DNA of 40,089 nt from assembly GCA_964370575.1 (NCBI GenBank), contig CAYJJT010000004.1:1-40089 (forward strand), read 5' to 3'. Numbering within the stretch: the first letter of the stretch is position 1; each line of letters opens with the position of its first letter. The notes beneath the pieces were generated by a model. That model was not told where the DNA came from and did not search any database. It saw only the letters and a list, made by a program, of their open reading frames with translations. This DNA is from an uncultured Muribaculaceae bacterium. Lineage in GTDB: Bacteria; Bacillota_I; Bacilli_A; RF39; UBA660. The translations under genes were made by a program, and so were the position numbers. Shown here one piece after another: positions 28,519 to 36,193 of this stretch.

Positions 28519-29757
28519 TTAATCCTCCCTTATTAGTGGCATACTCATACATCTAGGACCACCTCGACCACGCGATAATTCTGCACTTTCCATCTCTAGT
28601 ACTTTTATACCGTATTTTCTTAGTATTTCATTTGTTATGTTATTACGGTTATAACAAACAACAACTCCAGGACTAATGCATAATGTATTTGAACCATCAT
28701 TCCATTGTTCTCTTTGGGCACCGACTATATCACCACCTGCACATGGGATAAGTGTTATATTTCGTGATAAATATTTTTCTAAGATATGTTCTAAACTATC
28801 ATTAAGTTCAATAACATTTAGATCTTCAAATGTTGTAGGATCATCACCCTCTGTTATTTCAAATACTTTTAAAGTATCCATAATACCAGGATGATATGTA
28901 AATTTATCATAATCTATTTGTGTGAATACAGTATCTAAGTGCATAAATGCTCTAGTATTAGGAATAGAAAATGCTAAGATGGTTTTTATTTTTGATGTAG
29001 AATCAGAAAATATTCCACGCGCTAAATCATCAATTGCTTCAGCTGTTGTACGTTGTGATATTCCAACAGCAATTGTGTTTTCATTTAAAATTAAAATGTC
29101 ACCACCTTCGATTGAATAATATTTATAGCGGTCATAATATTTTTTTACTGTTCCCTGATAATCTGAATGATAATTGAAAATATATTCAGCATATATAGTT
29201 TCACGACAGCGAGTAATTGAATACATCCTATTTAAAGATATACCGTGTCCAATACTTGCAAAATTGTCTCTAGTAAAATATAAGTTAGGCATAGGATCAG
29301 TTAAAAAATCACCTTTTTCTTTCACTAAATCTACTAAAGATTTTTCTTTTTCTAGTTCTTCAAATTTTAATTCATCAATTTGAATACCTTCCATTGTTTT
29401 CAAAACTAATTGTTTTGTATCTTTAAATTTCATTAAATAATCTTTAACTAAATTTTTATATTTTTTGGTTTTTAAATTTGCTTCATTAATAAATTGAACA
29501 ATAAATCTTTCCTTTATTTCTGGATTAGACTCTAATACTTCAGTCATTAAATCTTCAAGATATACGACTTCAACACCATTATCTTTTAAAATAGCTGCAA
29601 ACTGATTATGTTCTTTGATCGCATCTTTTAAATATGGTATATCATCAAATAACAGTCGCTCTAATGAATTAGGCGTTAAATTTAATAATTCTTTACCTGG
29701 TTTGTGAAGTAATACTTTTTTTAGTGGTTTAATTTCACTGTTGACATTGATTTTCAT
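28519..29757 (-). CDS. arcA: Arginine deiminase
   Basis: SD GGAGGA. Motifs are '[18 protein letters not shown]', 'LLFDDIPYL' and the C-terminal catalytic Cys '[10 protein letters not shown]'. Confidence 0.92.
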   Translation of the reverse strand: MKINVNSEIKPLKKVLLHKPGKELLNLTPNSLERLLFDDIPYLKDAIKEHNQFAAILKDNGVEVVYLEDLMTEVLESNPEIKERFIVQFINEANLKTKKYKNLVKDYLMKFKDTKQLVLKTMEGIQIDELKFEELEKEKSLVDLVKEKGDFLTDPMPNLYFTRDNFASIGHGISLNRMYSITRCRETIYAEYIFNYHSDYQGTVKKYYDRYKYYSIEGGDILILNENTIAVGISQRTTAEAIDDLARGIFSDSTSKIKTILAFSIPNTRAFMHLDTVFTQIDYDKFTYHPGIMDTLKVFEITEGDDPTTFEDLNVIELNDSLEHILEKYLSRNITLIPCAGGDIVGAQREQWNDGSNTLCISPGVVVCYNRNNITNEILRKYGIKVLEMESAELSRGRGGPRCMSMPLIRED

Positions 29758-29780
29758 GTTTCCTCCTTCTAAATGATAGC

Positions 29781-29819
29781 GTAAAAAAGAGTAGTTAAAA
29801 ACAATGTTTAACTACTCTT
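29781..29819 (-). terminator. Terminator-like attenuator hairpin in the arcA leader
   Basis: On the minus strand, AAGAGTAGTTAAA-CATTGTT-TTTAACTACTCTT forms a 13-bp perfect stem (29819-29787), followed by TTTTTTAC. It lies about 20 nt upstream of the arcA SD. No upstream co-directional gene exists for it to terminate. Confidence 0.6.
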
Positions 29820-29842
29820 GATTTACTTAAAATACTTTTCAT
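29795..29842 (-). CDS. Candidate 15-codon leader peptide MKSILSKSRVVKHCF
   Basis: AGGAGG (29856-29851) lies 8 nt upstream of the ATG at 29842. The ORF reads through the 5' arm and loop of the hairpin, and its TAA stop (29797-29795) lies inside the 3' arm. Confidence 0.35.
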   Translation of the reverse strand: MKSILSKSRVVKHCF

Positions 29843-30000
29843 ACTAATTACCTCCTAGATAAGATTTAGTGTTATAAGTATACTTTCTATCTTAAATGAA
29901 TAGTATCATATAAATTATAAAATGTAAAATCAACACATAAAAATATCTATTAGTTATTATAGTTAAAAATAAAAATACCATACTATAAATGGTGAAGAGT

Positions 30001-31257
30001 ATGAATATTTATTTTTGTATAGATTTAAAAAGTTTTTATGCTAGTGTTGAGTGTGTCATAAGAGGATTAGATCCATTTAAAGTTAACTTAGTAGTAGCAG
30101 ATATTAGTAGAGGGATGGGAGCTATAACTTTAGCGGCCACTCCTAAAATAAAAGAACTGGGGGTAAAAAGTAGAGGTAGATTATATGAAATACCATCTAA
30201 TATAAAATATACTGTAATTAAGCCTAGAATGAGAAAATACATGGAATATTCAGCTAATATATATGGTATATATTTGAAATATTTTTCTAAAGATGATATT
30301 CATGTTTACTCGATAGATGAAGTTTTTATAGATGTTACACCATATATGAATTTGTACAATAATGACTATTATAGATTAGCAAAAACGATACTATTAGATG
30401 TTTATGAAACTACAGGTATTACTGCAACAGTAGGAATAGGAACTAATTTATTTCTATCTAAAGTAGCATTAGATATATTATCTAAACATGATAAAAATAA
30501 TATAGCTTTTTTAGATGAAAAATTATTTAAAGAAAAATTATGGAAACATCAACCAATAAGTGATTTTTGGCATATTGGACCCAAAACTATGAAAAGATTA
30601 GAAAAATATAATATATATAATATGCATGATATTACATTGACTGATGAAAAGTTATTATATAGAGAATTTGGAATTAATGCTTTATTAATAATTGATCATG
30701 CTAATGGAATTGAGACTTGTACTATAAAAGATATAAAAAATTATAAACCGAGTTCTAATTCATTTAGTAGTAGCCAAATTTTATTTAGAAATTATAGTTA
30801 TGATGAAACAATAATTATTCTTAGAGAAATGATTGAGGAATTAGTTGGAAAGATCATAGTTAAAAAGATGAAAACAAGAGGGTTAGCTCTATATATAGGA
30901 TATAGTAAAAAAGAAGAAGTTAAGAGTGTTAAAATATCAAAAAAATTAGAACAAGATACTAATAATTTAAATTACATTATAAAAGAATATATTAGTATGT
31001 ATAAAAAAGAGGTGAAGAAAGATTTGAAAATTAGAAAAGTAGGAATCAGTTTTTTTTATTTAACTAAAAATGCACCTATCCAATTATCTTTATTCAATGA
31101 TGAAAAAATGGAGTATATAGATAACCAATTACAAGAAAATGTTGAATTGTTAAAAAATAAATATGGAAATAATACAGTGTTAAAAGCTATTAGTTATTCT
31201 AAAGCTGGTAATCAAATAAATAGAAATAAATTAGTTGGTGGCCATAATGCAGAATAG
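30001..31257 (+). CDS. Y-family (UmuC/DinB/UvrX-like) translesion DNA polymerase
   Basis: The track start is at 29989. The ATG at 30001 is preceded by GGTGA. Catalytic motifs are 'CIDLKSFYASVEC' and 'YSIDEVFIDVT'. An HhH-like segment is 'ISDFWHIGPKTMKRL'. Confidence 0.85.
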   Translation: MNIYFCIDLKSFYASVECVIRGLDPFKVNLVVADISRGMGAITLAATPKIKELGVKSRGRLYEIPSNIKYTVIKPRMRKYMEYSANIYGIYLKYFSKDDIHVYSIDEVFIDVTPYMNLYNNDYYRLAKTILLDVYETTGITATVGIGTNLFLSKVALDILSKHDKNNIAFLDEKLFKEKLWKHQPISDFWHIGPKTMKRLEKYNIYNMHDITLTDEKLLYREFGINALLIIDHANGIETCTIKDIKNYKPSSNSFSSSQILFRNYSYDETIIILREMIEELVGKIIVKKMKTRGLALYIGYSKKEEVKSVKISKKLEQDTNNLNYIIKEYISMYKKEVKKDLKIRKVGISFFYLTKNAPIQLSLFNDEKMEYIDNQLQENVELLKNKYGNNTVLKAISYSKAGNQINRNKLVGGHNAE

Positions 31258-31561
31258 AGCTAAACAATTTATGAGTTTTGAACCTTTAAAAGGTTTTAGA
31301 GAAATGTTAATAGAAAAAGAAAAAGAAATAATAGAGTTGAAGGAACTAAATAATGATTATTTAGAATATTTGAATAGAGATATAAATAAAATTAATAAAG
31401 GAGATATAATTATAGTTGTTTATTATAAAGAAATGGATTATAAAAGATTAAGAGGAAAATTAAAATATATTGATAGAATAAAAAAAGAGTTAATTATAGA
31501 TAATGAAAGGATTATGTTTGATTTAATTTTAAGTATAAAAAAAGAAGCTAAAACTTCTTAA
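31247..31561 (+). CDS. YolD-like small protein (usual partner of Bacillus-type Y-family polymerases)
   Basis: The track start is TTG at 31235. The ATG at 31247 has GGTGG 5 nt upstream and overlaps the polymerase stop. The protein is about 104 aa, with 'FMSFEPLKGF' and 'GDIIIVVYY...GKLKYID', which are typical of YolD-like proteins from memory. Confidence 0.5.
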   Translation: MQNRAKQFMSFEPLKGFREMLIEKEKEIIELKELNNDYLEYLNRDINKINKGDIIIVVYYKEMDYKRLRGKLKYIDRIKKELIIDNERIMFDLILSIKKEAKTS

Positions 31562-32256
31562 TCTATATTTAATTCATTTTTTAAAACTTTAGTAACAGCT
31601 TCATAACCTTTATCAGATAAATGTAGGCCATCGTATGTATATTCTTCTTTTAAATGACCGTTATCATCTTTTAAATGTGAATAAACATCAATATAGTCAT
31701 AATCATAGTATTCAACTAGCAATTCTAACTTTTTGTTAGTTTCGTTAATAATTATATTATTTCTTTTTCCTATTCCACCTAAATGATATGAAAAATCAGT
31801 TTTATTTACTGGATATATTGATTGTAAGTAAAGTGAAGCATCTGGTAAATTTTCTTTAATATTCACAAATAACTCTTCCATATTATTTATAATATCATCA
31901 CTATTATAATCAAAGAAAAAATCATTAGTACCGATAAGTAAAATTACACAATCAGGATTATGATTATATAAATCTTTTTCCAATCTATTTATAACATCAA
32001 TTATAGTATTACCACTAATACCTGTATTTATATATTCATTATTATAGTATTTATCTAAATTATAACCTTCTGTAATAGAGTCACCAATAAATACTGATTT
32101 TTCACACTCACTAATTTCCTTGTTAGTTTCGTTAATTTCATTTACAATATTTATATCCTTATTAGTTTTATCAAAGTTAATATTTTTGATTATATTACTA
32201 AAGATATTTAATACTAATAAAATAATTATAAATTTAATTATTAACTTTTTATTCAT
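31558..32256 (-). CDS. Secreted or membrane-anchored SGNH/GDSL hydrolase
   Basis: It has an N-terminal signal anchor. The SGNH blocks are 'FIGDSITEGY' (Ser), 'GISGNT' (Gly), 'LIGTNDF' (Asn) and 'DGLHLS' (Asp-x-x-His). Confidence 0.8.
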   Translation of the reverse strand: MNKKLIIKFIIILLVLNIFSNIIKNINFDKTNKDINIVNEINETNKEISECEKSVFIGDSITEGYNLDKYYNNEYINTGISGNTIIDVINRLEKDLYNHNPDCVILLIGTNDFFFDYNSDDIINNMEELFVNIKENLPDASLYLQSIYPVNKTDFSYHLGGIGKRNNIIINETNKKLELLVEYYDYDYIDVYSHLKDDNGHLKEEYTYDGLHLSDKGYEAVTKVLKNELNID

Positions 32257-32368
32257 AAAATCACCACGATTGATATTATATCATTATAATAAATATTTTT
32301 AAATAGAAATAGTGATTATTGTTTTACTTTATTTATTGTGTTATATTTAATTTAAAGTAGGTGTTTAA

Positions 32369-32761
32369 ATGCAAAAAAAATTAAGAGAATTACTTGATAG
32401 AAGTTATAGTCCTTATTCAAAATACAGCGTTAGTGCATTATTAATTATGAACGATAATAAAATTATTGCTGGTGTTAATGTTGAAAATGCTTCATTTCCA
32501 GCAGGAATATGCGCAGAACGAAATGCTATTCATAGTGCAATAACTTGTGGCTATAAAAAAAATGATTTTAAAGAACTGCATATAATGAGTAAAGAAGAAA
32601 CTAATATTATTACACCGTGTTTTTTATGTAGACAAACTATGATAGAATTTTTTGATGAAAATTTACAAGTCTTTTTATATAACTATGATGGAGATGTTAA
32701 AATTTATACAGTAAAAGAACTTTGTCCGTTACCGTTTATAAGTGAAAATTTAGGAAACTAA
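32369..32761 (+). CDS. cdd: Cytidine deaminase
   Basis: Zinc and catalytic motifs are 'CAERNAI' and 'PCFLCRQ'. At about 130 aa it is the homotetrameric type. Confidence 0.88.
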   Translation: MQKKLRELLDRSYSPYSKYSVSALLIMNDNKIIAGVNVENASFPAGICAERNAIHSAITCGYKKNDFKELHIMSKEETNIITPCFLCRQTMIEFFDENLQVFLYNYDGDVKIYTVKELCPLPFISENLGN

Positions 32762-32829
32762 ATTTTTTATTTTGCTTTATATTTATAATATGATATACTT
32801 GATTTTGTTATTTTTAAAGGAGTGAAATT

Positions 32830-34773
32830 ATGATACAAGAAATTAATTTGAAAAATATTTTAAAATTTACTTTACCGGTTATTGCAACGATGTTATTTAC
32901 ATCTATATATGTAATGGTAGATGGGGTGTTTGTAGCAAACTTTATTAATGCTACCGCTTTATCTGCTGTAAATATAGTATTTCCAATAGTATCAGTTGTT
33001 TTAGCAATAGGGTTAATGATAGGTACTGGAGGATCTGCAATATATTCTAAGCTACTAGGAGAAGGTAAAAATATTGAGGCTCGTGAAAAGTTTACATTAT
33101 TAAATATTTTTGCCTTTATAATGGGGTTAATAGTATTAGTTATAGTAAGATTAAATTTAGAAAATATTATATATTTTTTAGGTGGTAATGAGGAAAACTT
33201 TCATTATTGTTTTGAATATATGAATATATTATTATGGTTTATTCCATTATTAATATTTCAAGTTATTTTTCAAACAGCCTTTGTTTCTGCTAATAAACCA
33301 ATATATTCATTTGCAGCAATGTTACTTGGAGGTATAGCAAATATTGTTCTTGATTATTTATTCATGGGAATATTCAATATGGGAATAGAAGGAGCTGCCA
33401 TAGCAACTGGAATTGGATATGCCATACCATCGATTATAGGAGTAATATACTTTTCAACTAAAAGTAATAAATTAATTCATTTTGTTAAAACAAAGTTTGA
33501 ATTAAGTTCTATTATGCATGCTTGTGGAAATGGTGCTAGTGAAATGGTTACAAATTTATCAACTGCAATTACTACTTTTCTTTTTAATGCAGCAATGCTT
33601 AGATTGGTCGGTACTGATGGAGTTAGTGCGATTACTGTAATACTTTATTCCCAATTTTTTTTACAGGCAGTATTTATGGGGTATTCAATGGGAATTGCAC
33701 CTATAATAAGTTATAATTATGGAGAAAAAAACCATGTTAATTTACGTAAAATTTATACAACAAGTATAAAAATATTATTAGTTATTGCTTTAATAGCAAC
33801 ATCTTTATCTATTATTTTTGCTGATAATTTAGTAAGTATATTTGCAAGTGAGGGTACTAGAGTTTATGATTTAGCTTCAAGTGGATTATCTATATTTGCA
33901 ATCGGATTTTTATTTTCTGGTATTAATATATTCGCATCAGTTTTATTTACTTCATATTCTAATGGATTAATTTCATCTATTATATCAATAGCTCGTACTT
34001 TTGTATTTATAACATTATCATTATTATTTTTGCCTGAGTTAATAGGATTAAATGGAGTATGGTTAGCAGTTCCTATTAGTGAATTTTTAACAATAATAAT
34101 TGCAGTTATATTAATGAAAAAATATCAAGACAAATATTTATATAACGAGATTCAATTAAAAGAAATAGTAGAAGATCATAATATAATTACAATTACTCGT
34201 GAATTTGGTAGTGGGGGAAGAGAAATTGCTAAAAGACTTGCTGATAAACTGGGTTATCACTATTATGATGATGATATTGTTAAGTTGATTGCTAAGGAAA
34301 GTAAGTTAGATGAGAATTATATTATTAATAATAGTGAGGTTAAAAAGCATCAAAATCAGTATGCTTTTGCAACTAGTTTTAAAATTAAAAATGAATCTAC
34401 TAGTGAAAAATTACAATTAGCACAAGCTAAAGTTATTAGAGATTTAGCGACAAGAGGAAATGCTATATTTGTAGGGCGTTGTTCTGATTATATATTAAAA
34501 GATTATAATCCGCTTAAAATATTTGTTTATTCTTCTGATATAAATACACGAATAGATCGTTGCTATAATAAAGTTCCTAGCGATAAAATACATAGTCGTG
34601 ATATAATGAAAAACAAAATATTAAAAATTGATAAAGAACGTCTTAAATATTACGAAACTTATACTGGTGTTAAAAGAAATGATTTGAGTAATTATAATGT
34701 AATATTTGATACATCTAAAATTAATATTAAGTTAGCTGTTAATATGGTTGAACTTATTTATAAAAACAAATAG
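32830..34773 (+). CDS. Fusion protein: MATE-family efflux transporter (about 12 TM, ~440 aa) plus a C-terminal cytidylate-kinase-like (Cytidylate_kin2-type) domain
   Basis: The MATE-like N-terminal half includes 'LPVIATMLFTSIYVMVDGVFVA'. After the last TM comes 'IITITREFGSGGREIAKRLADKLGYHYYDDDIV', the characteristic opening of the cytidylate kinase-like family. There is no stop between the two halves. Confidence 0.7.
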   Translation: MIQEINLKNILKFTLPVIATMLFTSIYVMVDGVFVANFINATALSAVNIVFPIVSVVLAIGLMIGTGGSAIYSKLLGEGKNIEAREKFTLLNIFAFIMGLIVLVIVRLNLENIIYFLGGNEENFHYCFEYMNILLWFIPLLIFQVIFQTAFVSANKPIYSFAAMLLGGIANIVLDYLFMGIFNMGIEGAAIATGIGYAIPSIIGVIYFSTKSNKLIHFVKTKFELSSIMHACGNGASEMVTNLSTAITTFLFNAAMLRLVGTDGVSAITVILYSQFFLQAVFMGYSMGIAPIISYNYGEKNHVNLRKIYTTSIKILLVIALIATSLSIIFADNLVSIFASEGTRVYDLASSGLSIFAIGFLFSGINIFASVLFTSYSNGLISSIISIARTFVFITLSLLFLPELIGLNGVWLAVPISEFLTIIIAVILMKKYQDKYLYNEIQLKEIVEDHNIITITREFGSGGREIAKRLADKLGYHYYDDDIVKLIAKESKLDENYIINNSEVKKHQNQYAFATSFKIKNESTSEKLQLAQAKVIRDLATRGNAIFVGRCSDYILKDYNPLKIFVYSSDINTRIDRCYNKVPSDKIHSRDIMKNKILKIDKERLKYYETYTGVKRNDLSNYNVIFDTSKINIKLAVNMVELIYKNK

Positions 34774-34793
34774 AAAAACTATTTGTTTTTTTT
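34762..34793 (+). terminator. Rho-independent terminator
   Basis: AAAAACAAATAG pairs with CTATTTGTTTTT around the loop AAAAA, and the 3' arm runs into a T8 tract. Confidence 0.8.
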
Positions 34794-34875
34794 GTATACT
34801 TTTTAATTTATAGTTTAAAATATTAATGACTATATTTTATATTTTTGAAAAATGTATATAATTTGTAAAAAAATA

Positions 34876-34905
34876 TTGTCAAGTAGTTTGTTGTTATGAT
34901 ATTAT
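34876..34905 (+). promoter_or_regulatory. Candidate promoter of the TasA-like/SipW operon
   Basis: TTGTCA (34876-34881), an 18-nt spacer, then TATTAT (34900-34905) preceded by TGA. Confidence 0.35.
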
Positions 34906-34938
34906 TAGGATAATAGTAGGGTATTAGAAAAGTAGGTA

Positions 34939-35526
34939 ATGGCTATGAATAATAAAAAATATATAATTATTTTAATATTAATTGCAATTATGATTATTAC
35001 TTTTAGCTTTGCATTAGTAAGTCAAGTATTAGTTATAAATGGTACTGCTTCTATAAATGCTGGCAATGGTTGGAATATTTCATTTGCTAATTTAGATGAA
35101 ATAGTTGTTAGTGACTCAACGATTGTTAAAGAACTATCTAAACCAAATATTGTTGAAGATACTACTGCTATAAATAATTTTGATGTAGAATTTATGTCTG
35201 GGCCTGCAAATTTTTATTACACATTTGATGTTAAAAATACAGGGAATTTAGATGCAAAGTTACATACAATTAATTTAGAAAGTATAAATTGTTATCCGTC
35301 AAATAAAAATGATGACATTGCTATTTATGAAGCTAAAGAAGTATGTAAGTACATTGATGTGGATTTGACTTATGAAGATGGAACACCTGTAAAACCAGGA
35401 GATACACTTGATAGTGGAGAATCCAAAAAGATGAGAATGAATGTAGAATATAATTCTAATGTTGCTATATCTAACAGTGTGGAAGTAGATAATATTGGAT
35501 TTAATCTAAATTACATTCAAGATTAA
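34939..35526 (+). CDS. TasA/camelysin-like secreted protein with a SipW-type signal, paralogue 1 (probable minor subunit)
   Basis: The N-terminal hydrophobic segment is followed by 'FALVSQVLVINGTASINA'. Motifs shared with ORF 35581 are 'YYTFDVKNTGNLDAKL', a Cys...Cys pair, 'LTYEDGTPV' and 'GESKKMRMNVEY'. It is also 195 aa. The SD is weak. Confidence 0.6.
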   Translation: MAMNNKKYIIILILIAIMIITFSFALVSQVLVINGTASINAGNGWNISFANLDEIVVSDSTIVKELSKPNIVEDTTAINNFDVEFMSGPANFYYTFDVKNTGNLDAKLHTINLESINCYPSNKNDDIAIYEAKEVCKYIDVDLTYEDGTPVKPGDTLDSGESKKMRMNVEYNSNVAISNSVEVDNIGFNLNYIQD

Positions 35527-35580
35527 TTAAGATATAATTCTTGTGAGAATTGTATATAAATATGTCTAGAGGAGGAAATT

Positions 35581-36168
35581 ATGAAGACAGAAAGACAAAC
35601 AAAAATTTTAGCTTTAATTGCTATCGTTATTGCAATTGGTGGACTATCAATTGGATTTGCAGCATTTAGTACAACATTAAATATAAATGGTGCAGCACAA
35701 GTAGAGGCTTCAAGTTGGGAAATTATATTTGAAAACTTAAGTGCAGAAACAGTTACAGGAACTGCAACAGAATTAGCAGCTCCAACTATTGCAACAGGAT
35801 CTACTACTATTAGTGGATTTGATGCTAGTTTAACAACTCCAGGTGATACTATTGTTTATAACTTTGATGTAACTAACAATGGTACATTTGATGCAGAAAT
35901 TGGAACTCTTACAGTAGCGGCTCCAACTTGTACAGGAACTGGTGCTACAGCAACTACTGATGCAGCAAATGTATGTGGTAACTTAACTTACACTTTAACT
36001 TATACTGATGGTACAGCAGTAGCTGTAAATGATACATTAGATGCTGGACAAACTAGAGGAATGAAAATTACTTTAACTTATGCAGCAGATACTACAGCAG
36101 CAGAACTACCAGCAGCTTTAGTTGAAGTAACAACTTTAGATGCTTCAATTATATACAATCAAGCATAG
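35581..36168 (+). CDS. TasA/camelysin-like secreted protein with a SipW-type signal, paralogue 2 (probable major, highly expressed subunit)
   Basis: It has a strong SD, GAGGAGG. The signal region is 'LSIGFAAFSTTLNINGAAQVEA'; compare TasA 'AAFND' and camelysin 'AYFSD'. Other motifs are 'VYNFDVTNNGTFDAEI', 'PTCTG...NVCGN' and 'GQTRGMKITLTY'. By hand count, 40-45% of residues are Ala, Thr or Gly. Confidence 0.6.
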   Translation: MKTERQTKILALIAIVIAIGGLSIGFAAFSTTLNINGAAQVEASSWEIIFENLSAETVTGTATELAAPTIATGSTTISGFDASLTTPGDTIVYNFDVTNNGTFDAEIGTLTVAAPTCTGTGATATTDAANVCGNLTYTLTYTDGTAVAVNDTLDAGQTRGMKITLTYAADTTAAELPAALVEVTTLDASIIYNQA

Positions 36169-36193
36169 TCATAGATAGAAAGTGATGTAAATA

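Noticed and set aside
25716-29383. Six plus-strand ORFs (25716-25922, 27448-27696, 27781-28011, 28676-28894, 28922-29119, 29174-29383) antisense to aguB, the carrier gene, arcB and arcA.
   Set aside because: All are embedded in well-supported minus-strand enzyme genes and lack ribosome-binding sites. They are shadow ORFs.
29896-29909. ATGAATAGTATCAT upstream of the arcA leader considered as an ArgR/AhrC ARG box.
   Set aside because: Only the TGAAT half-site matches the TNTGAATWWWWATTCANW consensus. The second half is shifted by one base, and the palindrome is only ATGA-N6-TCAT. This is too weak to call without a matrix scan.
29989-31561. The polymerase/YolD-like pair considered as evidence of a prophage or integrative element in the window.
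   Set aside because: I could find no integrase, recombinase, phage structural genes, tRNA target or flanking direct repeats anywhere in the 40 kb.
35581-36168. A locally higher-GC gene, considered as a horizontally acquired islet.
   Set aside because: Third codon positions are still overwhelmingly A or T, and the gene has an in-operon paralogue of identical length. The GC shift comes from Ala/Thr/Gly-rich amino-acid content, not from foreign origin.
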